A DNA stretch of 47,677 bases from Nitrososphaeraceae archaeon (GCA_036374075.1 DASUUM010000026.1:1-47677), one strand, 5' to 3'. Positions 1-9,519 are shown, counted from the stretch's first letter. Made by a program: numbers and translations. The notes: generated by a model not told the origin, from the letters alone.

Positions 1-393
1 CTCTGGAGTTATTTCAATTGATTGTGGGGAAATATTTACTTTTGCTAATAATAAATTATCTTTGAGTCTCTTAAGATCCCTTGTTTCTGTAAAAGTAGAA
101 ACGTTTTCATTTAAATCAGCAGCAGCATTATATATTTTATTTTCCATTTTTATAGTAGGTTTAGTATGAATAACTGAATCTTGTCGTTCGCTAATAGTGG
201 AACCTTCTGAATGATTTGTTGAACGTTCTAGTGTAGATGCAGGTTTAAAGCTTTCTTGTTTTAATAAATTATCAATAAGTAGAAGAAGGCGTTTAAGTCG
301 ATCTAATTCGTCCTGCTTATCAGAAATCTGTTTTAATATCCAATCTCTTAATTCTGCAGCATTTTTAATATCTTCTTCTGAATAATTCAACAT
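1..393 (-). CDS. Hypothetical protein with N-terminal coiled coil, truncated by the left window edge
   Basis: Not in the ORF track. Manual translation from ATG at 393 gives MLNYSEEDIKNAAELRDWILKQISDKQDELDRLKRLLLLIDNLLKQESFKPAS..., open for 131 codons to position 1. Confidence 0.8.
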   Translation of the reverse strand, partial: MLNYSEEDIKNAAELRDWILKQISDKQDELDRLKRLLLLIDNLLKQESFKPASTLERSTNHSEGSTISERQDSVIHTKPTIKMENKIYNAAADLNENVSTFTETRDLKRLKDNLLLAKVNISPQSIEITPE

Positions 394-748
394 TCAATGT
401 AAAATATAATGAAAGAATATAAAGTTGTTTTTACAATCGATTACTATACTAATATAGATATTACTGAATGTTATAAAATCAAACTATCAAAACTCTAGGA
501 TAATTTAACCATTAATTATTAAATTAATGATAGATAAATCCACCAATTCTTTTCTAGAATTATTCTGAATATCTAATTAATGAAACTTTTGGCATTTCTA
601 AAATCAATTCTAAAAATTATGGATATAACTGCAAAAGATCATTATGAAATAACATCAGTAAAGATTAATTGTATGACTGAATGAAAAAAACTATATTTTT
701 GAATTTATTTCTCAATTCTAATCAAGGTATTAATTAAATTTTAAAAAC

Positions 749-1477
749 TTAAGTTGTAATTTTAAAATATTTAAAACCAATTATAGGTTTTTTAGAAGTA
801 TCAAAAAGATTTGATTTTGTATTTTTAGCAAGAACCTGTAAAAGTCTTTTTGCAATTTGTAGTTTTTCTCTTTTGACTTTAACATTATTTATTATCTCTT
901 TAGAATATGGCCCAATACTATCATCAAATAACATTCCAACTAATACAATATCTTTTGCTCCAAATTCTTCTGCCAGGAATACACATCTGTCTCCATCAGT
1001 AAATCCTCCAAAGTTATATACATGTTCAACAGGCATTACCTGAGTTGTTCCAATAATTTTTCTAAATTTAGGTATATAATTTCTCATTAAATCTACATTA
1101 TCACTATGTGAATGAACCACCATAATTGCCCCAAGCTTTTCTGCTTTTACCAAAAACCGTATGTCACCATCTAAATCTGTGACGACAATATCAGGTTTAA
1201 TATTATTTTCTATTAAAAACTTCACTGCACCGTTTGCAACTATTTTAACAAATGATCTATTTTTCTTGATAAAAGAAGTATAAAGGTCTAAATTGGGTCC
1301 AGCGCCAATAATTAAGATTTGCTTACCTCTAATTTTTTTATCCAAAATTTTAGGATCAAGAAATTTTCGTTTTATCAAATTTGACAGGATATAGGCAGCT
1401 TTTTGATCTTCTTCAGTACTATACCCCATTTTTTTTCTAATATCTTGATAATACGGAAACCAGGTTACAAATTGCAC
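749..1477 (-). CDS. mptE: 6-hydroxymethyl-7,8-dihydropterin pyrophosphokinase, archaeal type (DUF115)
   Basis: IIGAGP, PDIVVTDLDGD, HSHSDN and NFGGFTDGDRCVFLA motifs; GTG start. Confidence 0.88.
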   Translation of the reverse strand: MQFVTWFPYYQDIRKKMGYSTEEDQKAAYILSNLIKRKFLDPKILDKKIRGKQILIIGAGPNLDLYTSFIKKNRSFVKIVANGAVKFLIENNIKPDIVVTDLDGDIRFLVKAEKLGAIMVVHSHSDNVDLMRNYIPKFRKIIGTTQVMPVEHVYNFGGFTDGDRCVFLAEEFGAKDIVLVGMLFDDSIGPYSKEIINNVKVKREKLQIAKRLLQVLAKNTKSNLFDTSKKPIIGFKYFKITT

Positions 1478-1612
1478 AGATTATATAATTAACAACTTAT
1501 TAATAGACTATATGTTAAAGCATTTTAAATGAAGACTATCTATCATTTACATTTTTAAATAACCACAAGAACTTTTAAATGACAATATATATTTTATTAA
1601 TGAATTTAATAA

Positions 1613-2767
1613 ATGGAACTAACTAGACAAGAAGAGATGGCTTTAAAAGGAGAATACGGAGAAGGATTAGGACTATCTTATAAAATACTTGTTGCAATAG
1701 GAAATGCTAACAATGCATCAAAACTAATTCCTATAAAATGGGCTCACATTTCAGGAGTTAATTTTAATACGATAGGAGAAGCTGGAGTGAAATTTCTTTC
1801 AAGTTTAGATAAAAAAAATAAAGTTACAGTTACAACAACTCTAAACCCCATGGGATTTGACTCTAAGAAAGACAATAACCTTTCAGATTATTTTAAATCA
1901 AATCAAATGTCAATTATAAATTCTTATTTATCTTTAGGTATAAAGCCTTCTTTCACATGTATTCCTTATGAAATTTTCGATCTGCCAAATAAAGGAGAGA
2001 TAGTTAGTTTTGCAGAAAGTAGTGCTGCAGTATTTGTAAATTCTATGTTAGGAATTAAAACTAATAAAGAGAGCGCTCTAAGCTCATTAGCAAGTGCAAT
2101 CACTGGTAAGACTCCGTACTCAGATTTATTAATTGATGAACTTAGAAAACCAAAAATTGGTATTCAACCAGAAATAAATATAGAAACAGAATTAGATTAT
2201 GGACTATTAGGTTATTTTGCTGGGAAAATAACTAACGAAAGTTGTATAGGATTGGAAACTAATTTTAAAAATTTAGATATTGTCAAGTCAAAAGCCCTTT
2301 CAGCAGGTATTGGAACATCAGGTAGGGCTGGAATGTTCAATAATACAAATAATGATTGTGAAAGAGTATCTTTTGGAAAAACAGAGCTTGATCAAGTAAA
2401 AGACGATTTAAATACGTCTGAAAAGGGAGAATTAATAGTATTTGGAAGCCCTCAATTAGGTATAGATGAATTAAATTTGCTTGTCCATTTAATAGAAGGA
2501 AAAAAATTTAGAAAACCATGTAAAATATTTTGTCCTCGTTATGTAACAGAAATAGAATGTAATAGTGAAATAATAAAAAGATTAAGAAATGCAGGCGCAG
2601 ATATTATTTGCGATTCCTGTACATGCTTAACACCGCTAATAACAAAAAATGATTACGATTCAATTGTAACTAATAGTATAAAATGTGCGTACTATATGAA
2701 ACATTCAAACAAAATAGATGTCTCTTTGAAAGATATGGAAACCATAACAAAAGAATATTGCGAGTAA
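1613..2767 (+). CDS. Aconitase X large subunit (DUF521); probable phosphomevalonate dehydratase large subunit
   Basis: AHISGV, TTLNP, FTCIPY, AESSA, N-x-ES and GSPQ motifs plus a DSCTCLTP cysteine cluster; followed by the DUF126 partner. Confidence 0.85.
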   Translation: MELTRQEEMALKGEYGEGLGLSYKILVAIGNANNASKLIPIKWAHISGVNFNTIGEAGVKFLSSLDKKNKVTVTTTLNPMGFDSKKDNNLSDYFKSNQMSIINSYLSLGIKPSFTCIPYEIFDLPNKGEIVSFAESSAAVFVNSMLGIKTNKESALSSLASAITGKTPYSDLLIDELRKPKIGIQPEINIETELDYGLLGYFAGKITNESCIGLETNFKNLDIVKSKALSAGIGTSGRAGMFNNTNNDCERVSFGKTELDQVKDDLNTSEKGELIVFGSPQLGIDELNLLVHLIEGKKFRKPCKIFCPRYVTEIECNSEIIKRLRNAGADIICDSCTCLTPLITKNDYDSIVTNSIKCAYYMKHSNKIDVSLKDMETITKEYCE

Positions 2768-2775
2768 TTTCTTTG

Positions 2776-3183
2776 ATGATAAAGATAAATTGTAAAAAAA
2801 TTGTTGGCGGAAAGGCAGATGGTTTAGTATTATTATCGCATAGACCAATTAATATGCTCTCAATGTTAGATACGAAATCTGGAAGGATAAAAGATGAAGA
2901 TCATGATTTATTTAATCAAATAGTTAAAGATAGAATTCTTATTTTACCTAATTGTATTGGAAGCAGTGTAGGAGCTTATATTTTTTATTCATTAAAAATC
3001 AACGGTGTCAGTCCAAAGGCAATTATTTGTACTAATAGATGCGACATTATAACTGCATCAGGTTGTGCAATATCAAATATACCTCTTGTAGATGGAACAG
3101 GCTCAAGTTTTAAATCATTAGATAATAATACCAAAGTTACGGTTGATGCAGATAAACAGATAATTATAATACACACAATTTAA
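2776..3183 (+). CDS. Aconitase X small/swivel subunit (DUF126); probable phosphomevalonate dehydratase small subunit
   Basis: IVGGKADG, GSSVG and VTVDAD motifs. Start reassigned to the in-frame ATG at 2776, just after the large-subunit stop. Confidence 0.85.
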   Translation: MIKINCKKIVGGKADGLVLLSHRPINMLSMLDTKSGRIKDEDHDLFNQIVKDRILILPNCIGSSVGAYIFYSLKINGVSPKAIICTNRCDIITASGCAISNIPLVDGTGSSFKSLDNNTKVTVDADKQIIIIHTI

Positions 3184-3208
3184 TTTTCGGAATATCAATC
3201 AGTACTAC

Positions 3209-3283
3209 TATCGGTGCATGGCAATCGATGGGCGAACTGATCATGTATAACATGAAATGAAGATCAAAGTCCATGCACCGATA
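3209..3283 (+). ncRNA. Candidate kink-turn-containing small RNA (box C/D-like)
   Basis: Perfect 13-bp terminal inverted repeat TATCGGTGCATGG/CCATGCACCGATA enclosing CT-GA-TCATGT-ata-ACATGA-aat-GA-AG, a canonical K-turn layout; GC-rich relative to its flanks. Confidence 0.55.
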
Positions 3284-3346
3284 AAATAATAGATAGAAAA
3301 ATTAATACTTCATGATTATCGCAAGAAAAACAAAAAATATTTTGTA

Positions 3347-3571
3347 TTATTCTTGTGGAGAGATTATTATTATATTATCTCCTTTAAGAAGTAGATTTCC
3401 TAATTTAGTAGCCTCTTCAGCCTTATATTCTGTAGCATCACTTAGGACTAGATTCATATGTTGATCGAATTTTTCTAATATACCTTTAACTACTTTATCG
3501 CCTTTTAGTTTAATTACTATGTTCTTTCCAATATTTTCCTTTAATACTTGTACAGTTACATCAATAGACAA
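3347..3571 (-). CDS. Sm-like (Lsm/SmAP) RNA-binding protein
   Basis: Sm1 motif GILEKFDQHMNLVLSDA and Sm2 motif LLKGDNIIII; TTG start. Confidence 0.93.
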   Translation of the reverse strand: MSIDVTVQVLKENIGKNIVIKLKGDKVVKGILEKFDQHMNLVLSDATEYKAEEATKLGNLLLKGDNIIIISPQE

Positions 3572-3722
3572 TATAATACCATCATAAATTACAATATATA
3601 ATTTAATAGATCTATTTTTTTATTAAAAAGTTTCGATATGAAATAGACAATTATAAAAGATATGAGAATATAAATAAATTAGAATAATTCGACTTTATCC
3701 ATTAACAATAACAATAAGTTAT

Positions 3723-5156
3723 CTACATAACACTAACATCATGAGGTTGACTTTCGATATAACCAGCTGTAGTAATTCGTACAAATTCAGCATTTTGTTG
3801 CATTTCATTAATGGTTTTTGCACCACAATAACTTAATCCAGAACGCAAACCTCCGACTAACTGACGGATAATCTCTACTACACTTCCTTTATAGGAAACC
3901 ATTGCTTCTACACCTTCAGGTACGTAATCATTAAGATCCTCTGACTCTACTATTTGTTCTCCTTCTTCACGATATTTTCTCCCTAATGAAGCATAAAAAG
4001 ATGCCATTCCTCTATAAATTTTATATTTTTTACCATTTTTAACTAGTGTTTTTCCAGGACTTTCATCTGTTCCGCCTAATAGACTTCCCACCATTACAGA
4101 TGAAGAACCTGCTGCAAGTGCTTTGGTTACATCACCTGAATTTCTTATACCACCATCAGAAATTACAGGAACTTCATATTCTTTGGATATTTTTACACTA
4201 TCAAAAATTGCAGTTAATTGTGGAACACCAGATCCAGTAATAACTCTAGTAATACAAATTGATCCTGAGCCTACTCCCACCTTTACAGCATCCACACCAG
4301 CTTTAATTAAATCCTCTGCTCCTTTGCCAGTGGCTATATTACCGGCTATTAATTCACAATCTTTGAATGCTTTTTTTATTAAATGAACACAATTTACTGC
4401 ATTGTCACTATGACCATGAGCTATATCAACAACTATAACATCTGCACCTGCTTCCAATAATGCTTCAGTTCTCTCTAAATAATCTCCTTTGACCCCAACA
4501 GCAGCTCCAACCAACAAACGTCCTTTTTTATCTTTAGAAGCATTTGGAAACTCTTCCATTTTTAAAATATCTTTACTAGTTATTAATCCTAAGATTTGTT
4601 TGTCTTTGTCAATTATAGGTAATTTTTCTATTCTATTCTTATGCAAGATATCCTTAGCTTTTTCGATCGTAGTTCCTAATTCAGCAAAAACTACATCTTT
4701 ACTCATTACTGAAGAAACATCACTCTCAAAATTAGTTTCGAATAAAAGATCTCTTTTAGTAATGATTCCTGCCAATTTTTTGTCTTTTTCTACCAAGAGG
4801 CCAGATATTCCAAAATCGTGCATAATTTTTTTTGCATATCCTACAGATGAATCTATACTAATAGTATATGGTTGTTCTATCATCACAGATTCAGATCTTT
4901 TAACCTTTAATACTTCATCTACTTGATCTTGTATTGTCATAAATCTATGTATAATTCCAATACCTCCTTCTCTTGCTAATGCTACTGCCATAGCTGATTC
5001 AGTTATTGTATCCATATTAGCACTAATAATAGGAATATTTAAATTGATATTTCTGGATAATCTTGTTTTTAAATTAGTTTGGGACCGAGATATAATTGGA
5101 GAACGTTTTGGAATTAGTAATACATCGTCAAAAGTTAGACCTTCTTTAATATTCAA
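3723..5156 (-). CDS. guaB: Inosine-5'-monophosphate dehydrogenase with CBS pair
   Basis: LTFDDVLL, SANMDT, catalytic GVGSGSICITR, DGGIR, YRGMAS and VPEGVE motifs. Confidence 0.97.
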   Translation of the reverse strand: MNIKEGLTFDDVLLIPKRSPIISRSQTNLKTRLSRNINLNIPIISANMDTITESAMAVALAREGGIGIIHRFMTIQDQVDEVLKVKRSESVMIEQPYTISIDSSVGYAKKIMHDFGISGLLVEKDKKLAGIITKRDLLFETNFESDVSSVMSKDVVFAELGTTIEKAKDILHKNRIEKLPIIDKDKQILGLITSKDILKMEEFPNASKDKKGRLLVGAAVGVKGDYLERTEALLEAGADVIVVDIAHGHSDNAVNCVHLIKKAFKDCELIAGNIATGKGAEDLIKAGVDAVKVGVGSGSICITRVITGSGVPQLTAIFDSVKISKEYEVPVISDGGIRNSGDVTKALAAGSSSVMVGSLLGGTDESPGKTLVKNGKKYKIYRGMASFYASLGRKYREEGEQIVESEDLNDYVPEGVEAMVSYKGSVVEIIRQLVGGLRSGLSYCGAKTINEMQQNAEFVRITTAGYIESQPHDVSVM

Positions 5157-5280
5157 TATTTCATTTTATTATTAAAATAAAGAAGAATTATAAGTTTTGC
5201 ATCATTCTAAAGTTAATAACTAATGAACCTTTTAAATTGATAAGTTTTAAATTTTATAATAGAAAAGACATAGAATAATA

Positions 5281-6135
5281 CTAATATATCAATTGCAAAG
5301 TGTTTAATGCTAACATTGTTTCCTTAACATTATGGGTTCTGATAAGAGTTGCACCGTTAATAATAGCAATAACTTCCATTATTAAGGATGGAATGAGTCT
5401 TTCATCAATTGTGAGATTCAACAGTTTTCCCAAAAAAGATTTATTTGAAACCGAAATACAAATTGGCAAAGAGAGAGTAGAAAGTTCCTTCAAATTAGAT
5501 ACAATTTCTATATCCCGAAGATACCACGGTATTTTTGTTATTTTTGTAAAAAAAGAATTATTACTTTCATTTCTAAAAAAACCTATTGATGGATCTATTA
5601 TAATATTAGTTTTCTTAATTTTGGCTTTTTGTGCGATCGCTATACTATCACTAAGGATTTTTTTTGTTGAGAAAGACTTGCCTTTTAGAAGTTTATGAGG
5701 ATTTTTTTCATATGCTCCTATTATTATAGGAATATTATATTTTGATGTGATTTCTGCCATTTTATGATCATATTTTAGTCCACAAACATCATTTATCGCA
5801 TGTGCTCCCATCTTTATTGCCTCTTCTGCTACTATGGATCTTGGAGTGTCTACAGATATAGGAAGTTTACAATTTTCTTTTATTATTTTAATAGCTTTTG
5901 TTAATCTGACTATTTCATCATCTAAAGAAATCATGGTATCAAGATATGGAGCAGTTGACATTGCACCTATATCAATAATATCTGCTCCATCATTTTCTAA
6001 CTTTTTTGCATAAGAAGAAATTTCATCGATACTAGTTTTTATTGACTTCTTATAAAAAGATTCAGGACTGACATTTACTATTCCCATAATTTTTATAGAA
6101 TTCTTACTAATAGGAACATCTCCAATATATGGCAT
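5281..6135 (-). CDS. folP: Dihydropteroate synthase
   Basis: IMGIVNVSPESF, DIIDIGAMST, ISVDT, IIIDPSIGF, SNKSF and IRTHNV motifs. Confidence 0.92.
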   Translation of the reverse strand: MPYIGDVPISKNSIKIMGIVNVSPESFYKKSIKTSIDEISSYAKKLENDGADIIDIGAMSTAPYLDTMISLDDEIVRLTKAIKIIKENCKLPISVDTPRSIVAEEAIKMGAHAINDVCGLKYDHKMAEITSKYNIPIIIGAYEKNPHKLLKGKSFSTKKILSDSIAIAQKAKIKKTNIIIDPSIGFFRNESNNSFFTKITKIPWYLRDIEIVSNLKELSTLSLPICISVSNKSFLGKLLNLTIDERLIPSLIMEVIAIINGATLIRTHNVKETMLALNTLQLIY

Positions 6136-6257
6136 TTTTCATTCTATAAGATTATCTCTATTATTATTGTTCTAAAAATATATAGTCAATTGAGAATGTT
6201 AATAAATAACTGGAAAAATAATATTGGAGAGATTATGAAGTTTAATGTGATTGTTGA

Positions 6258-7262
6258 TTGATTTCCATCGATGAAGACAAAATCTTTGAAGTAATCAAAA
6301 AAAGAAAACCTGCATCAATAGCACTAAATGGTCCTGAGGCCTTATTCCCAAAGATGCAAGAGACAGGAAAAAAGGTTATGGAACTGTTTGATATTCCAGC
6401 CTATATTATAGGTGATACTTGCTGGGGATCCTGTGATCTCAATACCCATGCTGCAGATATGCTTGGTGCAGATTTGTTATTTAATATTGGTCATACAATT
6501 TCTATAGAAACTTTTGATAAAAAAGTAATTATGATCAATGCATATGATGATGTAAAATTCGATACAATAGTAGAAAAATTTGCTAAAGAGATGACAAATC
6601 GAGAATATAAAACATTAGGTATAGTTACAGATAGCCAACATTTAGATCAAATACAATCATCAAAAAAAATACTTGAGAATTACGGTTTTAAAATAGTAAT
6701 TGGCAATGGTAAAGGACAATTAAATGACGGTCAAGTTTTTGGCTGTGAATTTTATCCAACGTATAATATACAACAGAGAATTGATGCTTATGTTTTTTTA
6801 GGCCAGAGTATATTTCATTCTGTTAGTATTGCAATGTCAACAGAAAAACCTACTTTTATGTTGGACCCATATTTTAATGAATTTCAACAAGTAAATGACA
6901 AAGCAAGGACTATGGAAAAGAAGGCTATTCTATCAATATATAAAGCACAAGAAGCAAAAAAAATTGGAATAATCATAGGATTAAAGGAGGGTCAATTTGC
7001 AAAGATAAAAGCCCTAAATTTAAAAAAATCTCTTGAAGCCTTTGAAAAAGAAATACAATTATTTGCATTAACAGAAATTACTGAAGAACGATTAAGAAAT
7101 TTCAAAGGAATTGATGCTTTTATTCAAGTAGCTTGTCCAAGAATAGCTATAGATAATCATTTTAGTAGACCATTACTTTCTGTACCACAAGCTGAAGCAT
7201 TAATCAAGGTTTTAAAAAATGAACCTATTGATGATTTCTTAAGGCTACGTCATTGGTTATAA
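6258..7262 (+). CDS. dph2: Diphthamide biosynthesis protein Dph2
   Basis: WGSCD, GQVFGC and VACPRI cysteine motifs (three Fe-S ligands). Confidence 0.92.
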   Translation: MISIDEDKIFEVIKKRKPASIALNGPEALFPKMQETGKKVMELFDIPAYIIGDTCWGSCDLNTHAADMLGADLLFNIGHTISIETFDKKVIMINAYDDVKFDTIVEKFAKEMTNREYKTLGIVTDSQHLDQIQSSKKILENYGFKIVIGNGKGQLNDGQVFGCEFYPTYNIQQRIDAYVFLGQSIFHSVSIAMSTEKPTFMLDPYFNEFQQVNDKARTMEKKAILSIYKAQEAKKIGIIIGLKEGQFAKIKALNLKKSLEAFEKEIQLFALTEITEERLRNFKGIDAFIQVACPRIAIDNHFSRPLLSVPQAEALIKVLKNEPIDDFLRLRHWL

Positions 7263-7296
7263 AAATTAAGCCTATCATATTTTAAATTAGTTTTTA

Positions 7297-7655
7297 TAGC
7301 CTAGACTTTCGTAAAATTATCATTATATCAATGCGAAGTCAACAGCTTATTAGTATCATCTTGGCTAAAAATCTCAATCTCGTATATTATATAATCTACC
7401 ACGTAGACAAACTAACATGGTTATGTTACCTTAGATTGATTCCTCTAGGATCACTCATTTCGAGAATTAACAGTCAAGACTACATATATATTCGACTAGT
7501 TTGCTAGTCATATCCATCCAGTTCGGCATAATTTCATTCAATTTGATAGACAGAGACTTCTATCTAGCGATTATCTAATAGTTACTGATTCTAGCATAAA
7601 GCCTATTCCCAGAGAAGCTGACAGCTAGCACATTTGTTCTTCCATGTCTATGCAA
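7297..7655 (+). ncRNA. Candidate large structured non-coding RNA of unknown family
   Basis: About 34% GC by hand count over 7321-7620, versus about 12% in 24721-24840. At least eight stem-loops; G-U pairs favour the + strand; T-rich tail after 7655. Confidence 0.45.
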
Positions 7656-7690
7656 TTTTTATTTTTATCATATTATATTATATTTGTCTA

Positions 7691-8626
7691 TTAATCATTT
7701 TTTAAAATTTTCAGATTGTTACAAACGGAACAAACTGGTCTAGTTGATTCATGTCCACAAATATTACATTTATTTTTCAAGGAATTATCCATATTTTTTA
7801 ATATTTTGGATATTTTCAAAATAGAATTATATGTATTATATTTAACACCGGACCGATTTTCCTCTAAAGAATTAAAGAATTCCCTTATTTCACTCCTAAT
7901 ACTTTCATCCTGATATGGACATTGTTCGGATTGAAATGGAATATTTTGTTGAAGTGCATAAAATACTATTTCTCGTTCATAAATTTCTATAAATGGTTTA
8001 ATTTTTTTTATTTTTTTTGTACCGTAATAAATTGGTTCTGGATAAGTCCATCCTATTCTATTTATATCTCCTGAAATAACATTTATCATAAATGATTGAA
8101 GTTGATCATCAAGATTATGTCCTGTTGCTATAACATTTGCCCCTACATACTCTGTAGCTATATCTATAGCCCTTCTCCTAAATGTTCCACATATAGAGCA
8201 AGAAGTCATTTTTTCGGATGGACGTATTGATATAGATTCATCCATATCCATTCCAAAAAGTTCTTTATAACTAAAAATTTCATTTTTAATATTTAATCTA
8301 GAACAAAATTCTTTAACTATTTTTAGAGATTCATCTCTATAACCAGCAATTCCTTCATCTATTGTAATTGCAACAATATCATTAATTTTCTTTCTCTCAA
8401 AGAGATGTTTTAAGACTAATAATAATGAAAGACTATCTTTACCACCAGAAACACCTACTGCAATTTTATCGCCATAATTAACCATTGAAAATTTTGAAAT
8501 AGTTCTATATGTTTTTTCTTCAATAGAAAAGATAAAACATGATCTACAGAGATATTCACCAGAATATTGTCGAAAATATACACTATATTTATTTTGACAT
8601 TTTGAACATAAGATATGTTGTTGCAT
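7691..8626 (-). CDS. tRNA 2-thiolation protein, TtuA/Ncs6 family
   Basis: N- and C-terminal CxxC zinc fingers, PP-loop VSGGKDS, CSICGTFRR, TGHNLDD and CPY. Confidence 0.9.
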   Translation of the reverse strand: MQQHILCSKCQNKYSVYFRQYSGEYLCRSCFIFSIEEKTYRTISKFSMVNYGDKIAVGVSGGKDSLSLLLVLKHLFERKKINDIVAITIDEGIAGYRDESLKIVKEFCSRLNIKNEIFSYKELFGMDMDESISIRPSEKMTSCSICGTFRRRAIDIATEYVGANVIATGHNLDDQLQSFMINVISGDINRIGWTYPEPIYYGTKKIKKIKPFIEIYEREIVFYALQQNIPFQSEQCPYQDESIRSEIREFFNSLEENRSGVKYNTYNSILKISKILKNMDNSLKNKCNICGHESTRPVCSVCNNLKILKND

Positions 8627-8783
8627 CTATATGCAAATTTTTTGGTATTTGATGATATTTAATTCAAACTAGGGCTTTTTTATTTCATTAACCTATTATA
8701 CTTAATTTACAATTTGAATATTCAGAAATAACATACTAAATTCAATCATGATCAAATTAATATTATATATTTTGATAATATAA

Positions 8784-9293
8784 ATGAAGAATATGAATAT
8801 TAAGCCTAATTTATTAGATTATATTAACTGTAGAATCTTATATGTTTTAAGTAAAAATTCTTCATTACCATTTGTAGAATTAGCTAAACAAATTGGCATT
8901 TCAGATGCAACTATACATACGAGAGTTAAAAAACTATTAGCTTTGGGTGTTATTAAAAAATTTACTATTTTTGTAGATAATAATTTGCTTGGATATGATC
9001 ATTTAGCGTTTATTAATTTAAAAATAGAAAAGGGAAAAACTGAAGAAACAATAAAAAATCTTATGGAAATAGATGAAATTTTAGAAATACACGAGATCTA
9101 TGATAAATTTGATTTGATAATTAAAATTAGATCTAAAAATTTGGACGATATGAGAGATATAATTGTAAATAAAATATTATCAATTAATTACATAAAAGAA
9201 ACAGAGTTGATAACAGTGTTAAGAACTAGAAAGGAAGAGCAGATGATCTCATTAGATAAAGAAATTAATCAAAAAACTAAAGAATTCTTTTAA
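8784..9293 (+). CDS. Lrp/AsnC family transcriptional regulator
   Basis: HTH ELAKQIGISDATIHTRVKKL..GVIKKF followed by a RAM-like C-terminal domain. Confidence 0.9.
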   Translation: MKNMNIKPNLLDYINCRILYVLSKNSSLPFVELAKQIGISDATIHTRVKKLLALGVIKKFTIFVDNNLLGYDHLAFINLKIEKGKTEETIKNLMEIDEILEIHEIYDKFDLIIKIRSKNLDDMRDIIVNKILSINYIKETELITVLRTRKEEQMISLDKEINQKTKEFF

Positions 9294-9303
9294 TCATTAC
9301 AGA

Positions 9304-9519
9304 TTAGTTTCTTTGTTTTTCTTTTTTTGAGGATTGCCACCAATCTAAATAATCATCATGCATTCTTTTTTTAGAATCATAAGAATTACTTTGTGATTTA
9401 TCTTTTAATTCCTCCATTTTGTCTCTGGAAGCATACAGACCACAACTTTTACAAATAAAATTTTTTGTAGATGAATCCATTTTTAATTCTCCACCACATT
9501 CAGGACAAAATTTGACCAA
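9304..9519 (-). CDS. Small zinc-ribbon protein
   Basis: CPECGG...CKSCG motif and a charged C-terminus with YLDWW; TTG start. Confidence 0.8.
   Translation of the reverse strand: MVKFCPECGGELKMDSSTKNFICKSCGLYASRDKMEELKDKSQSNSYDSKKRMHDDYLDWWQSSKKEKQRN

Noticed and set aside
580-684. 34-codon ORF (MKLLAFLKSILKIMDITAK...) in the first spacer
   Set aside because: Short and motif-free in very AT-rich DNA; not distinguishable from chance.
2683-2775. N-terminal extension of the DUF126 ORF
   Set aside because: It overlaps the upstream gene by 85 bp; family similarity begins at the ATG at 2776.
3209-3283. H/ACA guide interpretation of the K-turn hairpin
   Set aside because: The 3' pocket strand (AUCAAAGU) does not complement the rRNA sequence expected upstream of the putative target, and no ACA follows the stem.
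7263-7690. RNase P RNA, SRP RNA, self-splicing intron or CRISPR array as the identity of the structured spacer
   Set aside because: I found no GAGGAAAGUCC-type P4, no SRP helix-8 motif, no group II domain V or ordered group I P7 elements, and no repeat-spacer periodicity on either strand.
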